NCBI GenBank assembly: GCA_963733055.1
Contig: CAVTBR010000001.1
Coordinates: 448,001-512,000, forward strand
DNA length: 64,000 bases
Direction: 5' to 3'
Source: Candidatus Bathyarchaeota archaeon
Lineage (GTDB): Archaea > Thermoproteota > Bathyarchaeia > 40CM-2-53-6
Shown piece after piece: positions 29,018-38,462 of this stretch (positions are counted from its first letter, which is position 1; the number at the start of each line of letters is the position of its first letter). The notes below the pieces were generated by a model. It worked only from the letters and a program-made list of their open reading frames with translations. It did not search any database and had not been told where the DNA came from. The translations under genes were made by a program, and so were the position numbers.

Positions 29018-30562
29018 ATGACAAGTCAACCTGCCGCGTTTGTAAGAAAAGCCTCTGGATTACGCAGAGACGTTTCGTTATTGGATGTAGTAAGCCTGAA
29101 CTTGAGCAACATGTCAGGCGGCGCAGCCCTGGGAATTATAGGATTCACGACAGTGCTGCTCTCCTCAATGTCAGGAGTGAACTTGGTTTACGGCTCCATC
29201 CTAGCCTGGTGCCTGTCAATCCCGGAGATCGTTGTCTACACTATGATGACGACAAGAGTTAGCCGAACCGGTGGAGACTACGTTTGGGTCTCACGCGTCT
29301 ACGGAGGATTATTCGGAGGACCACTCTCCTTCATGGGATACACAATGGAAACGATGGCATACATGGCGTTGATCGCGCTTTCGGCAGTTTTCGCGATTGG
29401 ATCCGTTGGAGTTAACTTAGGTTACTCGAACATGCTTCAATACGCTTTGCCAGGCAACATTCCAGGAGCCAACCTAGTAGGACAATTTCTCATCGCAGGG
29501 CTCGTATTCGTTGTGCTGATAGCCATCAATGTTGTCAAACCGAAATTAGGTTACAAAGTCGTTGCGATTGCGGTAATAGTTGCGATAGCGGGAACATTTG
29601 TAGGAATTTTCTCGCTCATTGCCGCCGGCAATGCCGGGGTGCAGGGTTACATGGGCTTCCTAAGCTCGATTGGCGACAATACAACGTATACTGCTGTTGC
29701 TAATTCGTACACTGGCCCAACGTTCGATTTTGGCGCAACCATATTCATGCTCCCATTCTTCGCCATCTTCGTCTACCCCTGGCTGAACGCAGGACCCGCA
29801 GTAGCGTCCGAGATCAAAGGCAAAGGCGCACTAAAGTACAACGTCTTCCTATCTTCACTTGTAACGCTCATAGTCGTCACCGCGGGATTTGGAGCGATGT
29901 ACTATGCTGGCGGACAAAGCTTCATCAACGGCGCATTAGGCAACGCGAACCTTGTATTCAATTGGGGATTCAACTTCTGGACCCTCGCAATGGGTGTCTC
30001 TAGCACTCCTGTAGCCTGGTTCATCGGCTTAGGCTGGATCATGTGGGAGGTAGCCATCATAGCATACGCAATCATCGTTCTCTCACGATACCTCTTCGCC
30101 CAATCATTCGACCGGTTCCTACCCGAGAAGATATCATACATCAGCCCCAAGTACGGCTCGCCCACCATTGCATTCCTAATCAACCTCGTCGGCACATTGG
30201 TCTTGATCGGATTAGCTTCGTTCTTCTACGGCACTCTAACTTCGCTCTATGGAGCGGTTGTCGCGTCAATGGTCTACTTCTTCTTCATAGGAATCGCCGC
30301 CGTACTCTACGCAATGAAGAATGAGAAAGGTCAAGCCAAAGCAATTCTAGCAACCGCCGGAGTTCTGATGGCGGTCGTATTCGCATACATCACCTACCAA
30401 TTCCTTGCCTTCTCATCGATCTGGGGAGGAAACCCAATCGCATACGGCTGGGTCGTGGGCAGCTTCATCCTTGGACTGATAATCTACGTCGTGTCGAAAT
30501 CGTACCACGCCAAGCGAGGCATCGACATCACACTGGCATACAAGGAACTACCACCACTGTAG
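29018..30562 (+). CDS. APC-family permease
   Basis: FVRKASGL, RTGGDYVW, FAQSFDRFLP, C-terminal YKELPPL; about 12 hydrophobic segments. Confidence 0.9.
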   Translation: MTSQPAAFVRKASGLRRDVSLLDVVSLNLSNMSGGAALGIIGFTTVLLSSMSGVNLVYGSILAWCLSIPEIVVYTMMTTRVSRTGGDYVWVSRVYGGLFGGPLSFMGYTMETMAYMALIALSAVFAIGSVGVNLGYSNMLQYALPGNIPGANLVGQFLIAGLVFVVLIAINVVKPKLGYKVVAIAVIVAIAGTFVGIFSLIAAGNAGVQGYMGFLSSIGDNTTYTAVANSYTGPTFDFGATIFMLPFFAIFVYPWLNAGPAVASEIKGKGALKYNVFLSSLVTLIVVTAGFGAMYYAGGQSFINGALGNANLVFNWGFNFWTLAMGVSSTPVAWFIGLGWIMWEVAIIAYAIIVLSRYLFAQSFDRFLPEKISYISPKYGSPTIAFLINLVGTLVLIGLASFFYGTLTSLYGAVVASMVYFFFIGIAAVLYAMKNEKGQAKAILATAGVLMAVVFAYITYQFLAFSSIWGGNPIAYGWVVGSFILGLIIYVVSKSYHAKRGIDITLAYKELPPL

Positions 30563-30602
30563 ATCAGTAACCACTAAACAACTAGCGATCAATCACCGTC
30601 AA

Positions 30603-30623
30603 GTCCCCCAGTTTTTGGGGGAC
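30603..30623. terminator. GC-rich hairpin GTCCCCCA-GTTTT-TGGGGGAC between convergent genes
   Basis: Perfect 8-bp stem about 40 nt downstream of the APC stop codon. Confidence 0.45.
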
Positions 30624-30724
30624 ACTTAGTCCCGTCACTGTAACTTATTCGGTGCTAAGCCGTTAAATCGTCAGGGCAGACTGTCGCGTAGTTCACGCGA
30701 GGCGCTAGCCAATATTCGATTGCA

Positions 30725-31693
30725 TTATCCGGACGTGAGCTGAGAACTTAGAACTTTCTTGTCTCCGATGTTGACGATTGCTCCCCTGAGCACGCCTTCG
30801 GGGTATTCGCTGCCTGGGTTAACCACTAACGTTTTTCCAATCTTGGTAGTTCCTCTGGATTCGTGAATGTGACCGCATAAGTGTACTAGCGGCTGGTATT
30901 TTTCGACTTCGTGACGAATCGCCGTGCTCCCGGCCCCAAACATGACTGCTTGTCCCTTGTCGAAGACGGGTTTCGGTGGATAAACGGAGGCGTCCAGTTT
31001 CGGTACGGTATCTAGTCCGCAGTCTATCGGGGGTACGTGAATGTTGAACACGCAGTTCGCCTTATCCGCCACCGAGGAAACCATTTTCTCGGTCGCGTCT
31101 TCAAGTTCTTGCTCGGTGTGGTCGCGGGGGCACTTCCAGGGAGTTGGGTTGCTCCATCCTAAGTTGACCATTTCGTGAATTTCATCAATCTTGAGCAGCT
31201 TATTGTCGGCGTTTTTCACGTGGGGAGTGTCTCGGACGGCGTCGACAATCTCTTGGTAATCGTCATTTCCACCCGTCAAATAACAGTTAACGCCGAGCTG
31301 AGCGAGGAAGGGTTCGGCGCGATCCACCCAATTTGTTAACGTATCCTTCATCTGGGTCATGAAGACCTTGTCCACTTTCTCTTTCGATGCGTTTAGCTCA
31401 TCCATCTCCGCCTTGTCACAACGGTAGGGGTAGTAGCCGCTGTCGGTGATCTCCTTCTCCAGAGTCTTCACCTCTTCCGGGCTATGCAGGGTCTTTCCGC
31501 CCATGTAATCAGCCTTGAACGTCCCATCGCCGTAGTCAACGATTGGGACAAGCATCTTACCCGTCATATCGCCGCCTAGAACCAGGACGTCAACCTTGTA
31601 AAACTTCGCGGCGCTCAATATCTTATCATAACACTTACCGGAACCATGGAGGTCTGTTGCGAAGAAGATCTTCGTGAATTTCTTGTCAGGCAT
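30725..31693 (-). CDS. Icc-related calcineurin-like metallophosphoesterase
   Basis: ATDLHGS, GGDMTGK, GGNDD, IHVPP, CGHIHE, NPGSEY. Confidence 0.85.
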   Translation of the reverse strand: MPDKKFTKIFFATDLHGSGKCYDKILSAAKFYKVDVLVLGGDMTGKMLVPIVDYGDGTFKADYMGGKTLHSPEEVKTLEKEITDSGYYPYRCDKAEMDELNASKEKVDKVFMTQMKDTLTNWVDRAEPFLAQLGVNCYLTGGNDDYQEIVDAVRDTPHVKNADNKLLKIDEIHEMVNLGWSNPTPWKCPRDHTEQELEDATEKMVSSVADKANCVFNIHVPPIDCGLDTVPKLDASVYPPKPVFDKGQAVMFGAGSTAIRHEVEKYQPLVHLCGHIHESRGTTKIGKTLVVNPGSEYPEGVLRGAIVNIGDKKVLSSQLTSG

Positions 31694-31876
31694 CTTGACG
31701 CATCTTCGATGATCGCGTAGGGAACTCGGCTTACTATAATTTATCCCTCAGAATTCCGGCGTGGAAAGAGCGAACTGACTCTCTTCGGGCGCGCGGTTGT
31801 CAGGGTCGAATAAACCAAGTCGAAATCATGAAGGTTGCTTAATTATGGAGACATTCATGCTTTCGCAGGATAAGTA

Positions 31877-33673
31877 ATGTTTGAAGTCGACGGCAGAACA
31901 CGCTTACATGATGTCACGCGCCTGCTTGTGGACACTGCGATGGGACGCAGCAAAGCTGACTTGGTGATACGGAATGGCTCTCTTGTAAGTACAAACTCCG
32001 GCGAAATCATAGAGAATCAAGGAATAGCAATCAAAAACGACAGGATAGCCCTTGTTGGAAATGTGGAAAATACCATTGGGCCTGATACTCACGTAATTGA
32101 CGCACATAGAAAATGGGTTGCTCCAGGATTCATTGACGGTCACGTTCACGTAGAGAGCGCTATGGTCGCGGGGACTGAATTTGCCAGAGCTGTGGTACCT
32201 CACGGTACAACTACGGTTTTCATAGATCCTCACGAAATGGCAAACGTCCTTGGGATGGACGGCGTTCGGTTCTTCATAAACGAGGCCCGAGGGCTGCCTC
32301 TTAAGATGCTTGTCACATTTCCCTCTTGCGTTCCCGCGGCTCCCGGTTTCGAAACGAGTGGTGCTTCATTCGGGCCGAAGGAGATTGAGGAGGCGATGGG
32401 TTGGAAGGAAGTCGTGGCCCTTGGCGAAATGATGAATTATCCTGGAGTGTTGGCAGCTGACCCTGATGTACACGCAGAAATTGCTGCGACACTGAAAACC
32501 GGGCGAGTAGTGGAAGGCCACGCGGTCGACTTGCTGCACAGAGACCTGGGAGCTTATGCCGCTGCTGGAATAACCTCATGCCACGAATCAACAGAGGAAA
32601 TTCAAGCAATCCAAAAACTCAGAAATGGCATGTACGCAATGCTAAGAGAGGCCTCCGGAGCGAGAAACGTCGCAGACACAATCACGTCTGTTACAAGGAA
32701 GAAACTTGATTCTCGTCACGCCTGTCTAGTTACAGATGACCGCGAACCGAGCGATCTGCTACATGAGGGACACATGGATCATGTCATTCGCAGAGCTATT
32801 CAAGAAGGCGTCGACCCTATCGAAGCAATTCAGATGGCCACCCTCAATGTCGCAGAACATTACGAGTGTGCCAGAGAATTTGGAAACATAGCCCCAGCCC
32901 GATTCGCTGACATCGTCATTCTCGATAAACTCGAAACAGTCTCCGTAAACACGGTCATCGCTGACGGAAAAGTCGTAAGCCAAAACGGAAAACTAACTAC
33001 ACACCTACCAACCCCAACTTACCCCAAAACTGTAATGCAATCCATGCACCTCAAGCGCCCACCCAGCCTCAGGGACCTGGCTTTGAAGACTAAGGTCAAG
33101 AAGGGTTCGGTGAGGGTTAGGGCGATTGGGGTTATGCCGACGAACATTCTCACCCACAACCTAGAGTCTGAAGTTCCCGTGAGAGATGGAAATGTTATGG
33201 CGAACCCGCGAGAGGATGTGGCGAAGATAGCGGTCTTCGAGAGACACAGACGCTCGGGGAACGTGGCGGTTGGTTTCATCAAGGGACTGGGGCTAAGGGA
33301 GGGAGCTGTTGCATCCACGGTCGGGCATGATAGTCACAACCTTGTGGTCGCGGGCATGGACGACGCGAACATGATCGCGGCCGCAAATCTTCTAGCGCAA
33401 AGCGGCGGAGGCATGGTCGTAGTCAAAGGCCAAAAGCCACTATCACATCTCCCCCTACCTATAGCTGGGCTCATGTCGGACAAGACTGTTGAAACCGTTT
33501 CAAAACAGATGAAGGAACTCAAGGACGCTTGGGCAAGGTTGGGATCAAAGCTCCCATCCCCAACGATCACGCTCGCGTTCACTACACTCTCAGTTATTCC
33601 GGAGCTTAGAATTACGGACAAGGGAGTCTTGGATACGGTCCACTTCAAGTTCGTGAACCCAATCATTGAGTGA
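31877..33673 (+). CDS. ade: Adenine deaminase
   Basis: DGHVHVES, DPHEMANV, PSCVP, GEMMNYP, SCHE, VTDD, ERH, GHDSHN, IPELRIT. Confidence 0.92.
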   Translation: MFEVDGRTRLHDVTRLLVDTAMGRSKADLVIRNGSLVSTNSGEIIENQGIAIKNDRIALVGNVENTIGPDTHVIDAHRKWVAPGFIDGHVHVESAMVAGTEFARAVVPHGTTTVFIDPHEMANVLGMDGVRFFINEARGLPLKMLVTFPSCVPAAPGFETSGASFGPKEIEEAMGWKEVVALGEMMNYPGVLAADPDVHAEIAATLKTGRVVEGHAVDLLHRDLGAYAAAGITSCHESTEEIQAIQKLRNGMYAMLREASGARNVADTITSVTRKKLDSRHACLVTDDREPSDLLHEGHMDHVIRRAIQEGVDPIEAIQMATLNVAEHYECAREFGNIAPARFADIVILDKLETVSVNTVIADGKVVSQNGKLTTHLPTPTYPKTVMQSMHLKRPPSLRDLALKTKVKKGSVRVRAIGVMPTNILTHNLESEVPVRDGNVMANPREDVAKIAVFERHRRSGNVAVGFIKGLGLREGAVASTVGHDSHNLVVAGMDDANMIAAANLLAQSGGGMVVVKGQKPLSHLPLPIAGLMSDKTVETVSKQMKELKDAWARLGSKLPSPTITLAFTTLSVIPELRITDKGVLDTVHFKFVNPIIE

Positions 33674-33731
33674 AGCTAAGCGAACCGTAAATCCGCTCTC
33701 ACCATTTCACTGACTTGTGTCGAGTCAGTTT

Positions 33732-34757
33732 CTAAGCGATTAGTGGGCCTGCGGATGGTTTGTCCTCGAAGGCGTCGATCATGGCGTGAACGTTGTCGGC
33801 TAGGGGGTAGAGGATTGGACAGGTGCATCCAGTGGAGTTGTACTCTTCAACTTTCTTGAGGCACTCGTCCGCTGTCCCGCTCGCTGTGATGAGTCGAACG
33901 AGCTTATCGTCTACTAGCTGTTTGGCTTTTTCTAAGCCACCCGGCTTGGCCGGCCAACCACCTAAAGCAGTCTTTACCTCTTCAATCAAGGATTCCTTAA
34001 CTCCGCTTGCTTTCGCGATGTGGGGTTGTTGGCCTAGATATTGGGCGACCAGCGGGCGTGCGCTATCAATGGCCTTGTCGACGTCCTCGTCCAGCGAACA
34101 CACAATCAGCTGAGGCCTGTCAATGCTCTCGAGCTGTCGATCTGCCTTCGCCGCCCCTGCCTTGAGATGTTCGAGGGCTTGTTGGTTGTAGTTAGGGGAG
34201 ACGAGGTAGTTCAGGAGTATGCCGTCGGCTATCTCGCCTGTTAGTTCAATCATCTCCCACCCGGTGGCGCCAATGTAGATTGGAATCTTACGAGGCGTGG
34301 AAGGATCGCCGTAGACAACATCGAGTCGTATGTCCCGTACTTTCACGAATTCTCCTTCGAACGTGACGTTCTCCATCCGGAAGAGGCGTTGGAGGACGGT
34401 GACGTACTCTCGCATCGCTTTCAATGGCTTCTTTCGTTCGATACCAACCTTCGCCGCCAGAGGATCCCACCAAGCACCCACCCCAAGTAAGCTGCGGCCA
34501 GCAGAGAGTTCATCGAGAGTTAGAAAAGATACGGCGGTTAGCGCCACGTTCCGTGTCCAGTTATTTATCACCCCAGTACCAAGTTTGATTTTGTCCGTCA
34601 CGGCCGCCATGGCCGCGAGGGGTGTGAGGGCGTCGCGTGCGAGGCGTGATTCTGCATGCCAGATCGCTTCGAACCCCTTCTGCTCAGCATACTGCACGAG
34701 CTTCATCTCCTCACGAATCGTATGCTTATCCTGAAGGTACAGCGCTACTCGGTCCAT
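33732..34757 (-). CDS. LLM-class (Mer-like) flavin/F420-dependent oxidoreductase
   Basis: [46 protein letters not shown]. Confidence 0.85.
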   Translation of the reverse strand: MDRVALYLQDKHTIREEMKLVQYAEQKGFEAIWHAESRLARDALTPLAAMAAVTDKIKLGTGVINNWTRNVALTAVSFLTLDELSAGRSLLGVGAWWDPLAAKVGIERKKPLKAMREYVTVLQRLFRMENVTFEGEFVKVRDIRLDVVYGDPSTPRKIPIYIGATGWEMIELTGEIADGILLNYLVSPNYNQQALEHLKAGAAKADRQLESIDRPQLIVCSLDEDVDKAIDSARPLVAQYLGQQPHIAKASGVKESLIEEVKTALGGWPAKPGGLEKAKQLVDDKLVRLITASGTADECLKKVEEYNSTGCTCPILYPLADNVHAMIDAFEDKPSAGPLIA

Positions 34758-34861
34758 ACCGGAGAATTAGCGCCGGTTGGACAAGAGTGTTTTGCCCCGC
34801 TTCGTTCACTTGTAGGGAAGATTTTTACCTGCACTCTCGAAATGATTAATGAGGTTTAGTT

Positions 34862-35092
34862 ATGCCTGTTTCATATGTTCTACTCAATGTTGACCCAGGT
34901 TCGGAAGAAGACGTGCTCAAGGCGGTTCGTGGGGAGGCGAATGTGAAGGAGTGCCACCGCGTTTACGGTATTTATGACATGATTGCAAAAGTCGAGGCGG
35001 ACTCAATGGACTCCCTGAAACAAATCATCACGTGGAAGATAAGACGACTTCCCGGCGTTCGGTCCACCGTCACAACGATGGTAATAGAATAA
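34862..35092 (+). CDS. Stand-alone Lrp/AsnC ligand-binding (RAM) domain protein
   Basis: YVLLNVDPG, VYGIYDMIAKVEA, IRRLPGVRSTVT; no HTH. Confidence 0.85.
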   Translation: MPVSYVLLNVDPGSEEDVLKAVRGEANVKECHRVYGIYDMIAKVEADSMDSLKQIITWKIRRLPGVRSTVTTMVIE

Positions 35093-35296
35093 CTGGTAGA
35101 AAGTTCTCGTTCCCGGTTAAGTAACAACAATTCCTATCGTGGAAACTAGTTCGTTGCTATCCGTTCTGTAATCTGATCGTCTAGGCGGTGCATGGCTGGT
35201 TGTTGAAATTCGTCAAGGGACGCCCTTAACCTTGTCGAAATTCCTCGTCGGTGTAAGAGTGGGATTAAGACTCGGTGTTCGTTATCTTAGCGAAAG

Positions 35297-36265
35297 GTGT
35301 ACAGTTTGATGAAAGCCGTTCGAATCCATTCCCGTGCGGGACCTGAGGGGCTTATCTACGAAGACGCGCCAGTTCCTAAAATCCACAGGGGAGACGCGCT
35401 GATCAAGGTTCAAGCAACCGCGATCACGCCGACCGAATTCACTTGGAACTCCACTTTCACAACCCCCGATGGAAAAGACCGGTTGCCTATCGTGCCAAGC
35501 TTTGAGGTCTCAGGCACGGTTCAGGAGGTAGCCTCCGATGTATCAGACCTGTCCGTGGGCGATGCTGTACACGGGCTGTTGAATTTCTGGCGAGACGGCG
35601 CAGCGGCCGAATACGTTGCATGTCGAGCCGCCGATCTGGCGCCAAAGCCAACCTCACTGGACCACATTCACGCGGCTGCCGTCCCATTGTCGGGACTAAC
35701 GGCATGGCAGGCGTTGTTCGATCATGCGAACTTGTCTGCGGGCGATCGGGTTTTGATCCACGGCGCGGCGGGTGGGGTAGGTACCTGGGCGGTTCAATTT
35801 GCGCATTGGCGCGGGGCACACGTCATTGGAACTGCTTCTCGAACCAAGCATGCCTTCTTACGGGAATTAGGCGCAGACGAAGTACTCGATTACACTGCCG
35901 TTCGTTTTGAAGATGGGATTCGAGATGTGGACGTGATTGTCGATACGGTCGGCGGTGATACGCTGGAGCGGTCTTGGGCTGTCCTGAGAAGAGGTGGTGT
36001 TCTGGTCACAGTTGCAGGTGACGCTCCCGAGGAGAGAGCGACCAAGTACGGTGTGCGTGGTGTATCTTTTCTTGTACAGCCGAGCCGCATTCAGCTTACG
36101 AAGATCGCTCAGCTAATCGACGGGGGCACCGTTCGTCCCATAGTCGAAGCTGTCTTCCCCCTATCTCGCGCCCGCGAGGCATACGAGCGGGGCCTTCTAG
36201 GTCACAACCTTGGGAAACTTGTCCTACAAGTTGCTTCGAACGAATCCCACAAGGTTCAGGTGTGA
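35297..36265 (+). CDS. NADP-dependent quinone oxidoreductase-like MDR protein
   Basis: MKAVRIH, GAAAEY, AAAVPLSGLTAWQAL, HGAAGGVG, GKLVL. Confidence 0.88.
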   Translation: MYSLMKAVRIHSRAGPEGLIYEDAPVPKIHRGDALIKVQATAITPTEFTWNSTFTTPDGKDRLPIVPSFEVSGTVQEVASDVSDLSVGDAVHGLLNFWRDGAAAEYVACRAADLAPKPTSLDHIHAAAVPLSGLTAWQALFDHANLSAGDRVLIHGAAGGVGTWAVQFAHWRGAHVIGTASRTKHAFLRELGADEVLDYTAVRFEDGIRDVDVIVDTVGGDTLERSWAVLRRGGVLVTVAGDAPEERATKYGVRGVSFLVQPSRIQLTKIAQLIDGGTVRPIVEAVFPLSRAREAYERGLLGHNLGKLVLQVASNESHKVQV

Positions 36266-36289
36266 CGAATCGAGGCCGGAGGTGAAAAA

Positions 36290-36673
36290 TTGGACAAGGT
36301 AACATTCTTCGAAATACCAGGAGACAATCTAGCGCGGGCAAGGAAATTCTATAGCACAGTTTTCGGTTGGAAGATGAACGAGATTCCAGAGATGCATTAC
36401 ACACAAATCGGAACCGTAGACGCTGACAAACTTGGAATACGGGGGACACCGAAGGAAACGGGTGCAATAAACGGCGGCATGGTGGAGCGGCATGGTTCAG
36501 TGAAGTCACCCGTTATCTACATCAGCGTAAAGAACATCGACCAGGCAGCGGCAAGCATCGAGCAGAACGGTGGCAAAGTCATCCAACCAAAATCACCCGT
36601 CGGAAACTTTGGATTCGCAGCCTACTTCAAAGACACAGAAGATAACGTAGTCGGTCTCTGGCAATTCGCGTAA
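36290..36673 (+). CDS. VOC/glyoxalase family protein
   Basis: FFEIP, FYSTVFGW, GAINGG, YFKDTEDN; GGAGGTGA ribosome-binding site at 36278-36285. Confidence 0.85.
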   Translation: MDKVTFFEIPGDNLARARKFYSTVFGWKMNEIPEMHYTQIGTVDADKLGIRGTPKETGAINGGMVERHGSVKSPVIYISVKNIDQAAASIEQNGGKVIQPKSPVGNFGFAAYFKDTEDNVVGLWQFA

Positions 36674-36848
36674 CCTGCATCGAGGCAGGGTACAGCGAAC
36701 CTACTCGCAGAGAGTATCGGTCGACAATCCTTAACCGCCTTGCTGTCTGTACCTAAAACAACTGGTTAAGGGTTAAGAGTTACGCGCATAGAGACGTTTT
36801 ATCTTCGCCGACATTCGAAATTTGCAATGGTTAGGAGGTAAGGTAGCT

Positions 36849-37325
36849 TTGCGGGTTGAAAGGACAGTGAATTTCAAACTCAACGGGCAACCTATCACTG
36901 TCAACGTCCCACCAGCCTACACCTTACTTGAGGTTCTCCGCGAGGAACTCCACGTTACGGGCCCGAAGGAAGACTGCGCCAAGGGCGAATGCGGCGCTTG
37001 CACTGTGCTCAAGGATGGGGTGCCTGTCTGTTCGTGCCTCGTCCTCGTCTCGCAAGCCGAAGGTTCTGAGATCATAACTTCTGAGGGGCTGGTTAAGGAT
37101 GGAAGGTTGAATCCTGTTCAGGAAGCGTTCTTGGACGAGGGCGCTGTGCAGTGCGGCCACTGCATCCCTGGCATGATCGTTTCCGCCTCCGCCCTCCTGA
37201 TGAACAACTCGAAGCCGACGATGGATGAGATTCGCACGGCTCTCTCGGGTAACCTGTGCAGGTGCACTGGGTATTCTAAGATTATCTCGGCCGTTCAAGA
37301 GGCCGCGAAGAAACGGAGGCATTAG
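36849..37325 (+). CDS. Xanthine dehydrogenase family 2x[2Fe-2S] subunit (enzyme 1)
   Basis: CAKGECGAC..C and QCGHC..CRC. GGAGGT precedes TTG 36849. Confidence 0.92.
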   Translation: MRVERTVNFKLNGQPITVNVPPAYTLLEVLREELHVTGPKEDCAKGECGACTVLKDGVPVCSCLVLVSQAEGSEIITSEGLVKDGRLNPVQEAFLDEGAVQCGHCIPGMIVSASALLMNNSKPTMDEIRTALSGNLCRCTGYSKIISAVQEAAKKRRH

Positions 37326-37332
37326 GGCTTTG

Positions 37333-38202
37333 ATGCGGTCCGAGATCGACGTCCTGACGCCTAAGAGCCTTGACGAGGCGTTGAATATTCTCCACAAAAA
37401 CCAAACTGGGCTCAGGATTGTTGCTGGAGGTTCTGATGTGATTGTTCAACTTCGGGACGGCGTCATCAAGACGGATAAACTTCTCAACATACTCTCACTC
37501 GAAGAACTGAGATTTGTGAGAGAAGACGATGATCGGATCCACTTAGGTGCGCTGGCTACCTACAGCGACATCGTCCACTCTCAACTAACCCGCGATCACG
37601 CTTGGCCTCTTGTCGAGGCGGCGAGGCAGATTGGGGCGATCCAGCTGCAAAACACTGCAACCATCGGCGGAAACCTAGGCAACGCCTCACCCGCCGGCGA
37701 CAGCCTACCCCCACTCTACGCCCTCGATGCAGTCGTAGTTACACGAAGCACAGCCGGACCGCGGGAAATTCCGATAGAGAAATTCTTTCTCGCCTACAGA
37801 AAAACCGCGCTTCAACCTGACGAATTAATCGAGCAAGTACACTTCACCCCGCTCGGTGAGCGGGACCGAGGGGCGTACGTGAAGCTCGGGCTCCGCGAGG
37901 CCAACGCAATCTCAATTGTGGATGTGGCGACGGTACTGCGGGGTAGGAACAAGAATGACACATTTGCTGAAGCTAGAGTTGCATTGGGGGCCGTCGCGCC
38001 CAACATTCTACGAGCGAGGCGAAGTGAAGAGGCTCTGACTAACAAGCCCCTGAACCAGGAGATATTGAAGAGGGCTGGATCCCTTGCAGCTGACGATGCT
38101 AAACCGATAGACGACATACGCGGTTCAGCTCAGTACAGAAGAGACGTGGTGGCTTCTCTCGTCTTCGAGGCGTTGAACCAGGCACTTTACAGAAAAAGGT
38201 AG
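37333..38202 (+). CDS. Xanthine dehydrogenase family FAD subunit (enzyme 1)
   Basis: AGGSD, ATIGGNLGNASPAGD, ALGAVAP, PIDDIRGSAQYR. Confidence 0.92.
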   Translation: MRSEIDVLTPKSLDEALNILHKNQTGLRIVAGGSDVIVQLRDGVIKTDKLLNILSLEELRFVREDDDRIHLGALATYSDIVHSQLTRDHAWPLVEAARQIGAIQLQNTATIGGNLGNASPAGDSLPPLYALDAVVVTRSTAGPREIPIEKFFLAYRKTALQPDELIEQVHFTPLGERDRGAYVKLGLREANAISIVDVATVLRGRNKNDTFAEARVALGAVAPNILRARRSEEALTNKPLNQEILKRAGSLAADDAKPIDDIRGSAQYRRDVVASLVFEALNQALYRKR

Positions 38203-38206
38203 GGGG

Positions 38207-38446
38207 ATGGGTAGGCGGTTGCGGGTCAAGGTGAAGGTTTTCGGTGCCCCGTCTCTCGCGCTGGAAAGAAAGGAGCTCACCGTCGAATTGAAGGACAACG
38301 CAACGACCGAAGACTTACTCCAATCCCTTCCCGTCAAGGACAAGGATTACCTGTACGTTGTTCGGGCGGGAATCAGGCTGAACTCCAGTTCTAAGATTAA
38401 TGATGGCGACGAAATCCTAGTCGTCCCACCAATCGCGGGAGGTTGA
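38207..38446 (+). CDS. MoaD/ThiS/SAMP ubiquitin-like protein 1
   Basis: 79 aa, VKVKVFG N-terminal strand, DGDEILVVPPIAGG C-terminus. Confidence 0.85.
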   Translation: MGRRLRVKVKVFGAPSLALERKELTVELKDNATTEDLLQSLPVKDKDYLYVVRAGIRLNSSSKINDGDEILVVPPIAGG

Positions 38447-38462
38447 AACAACGACCCAACAA

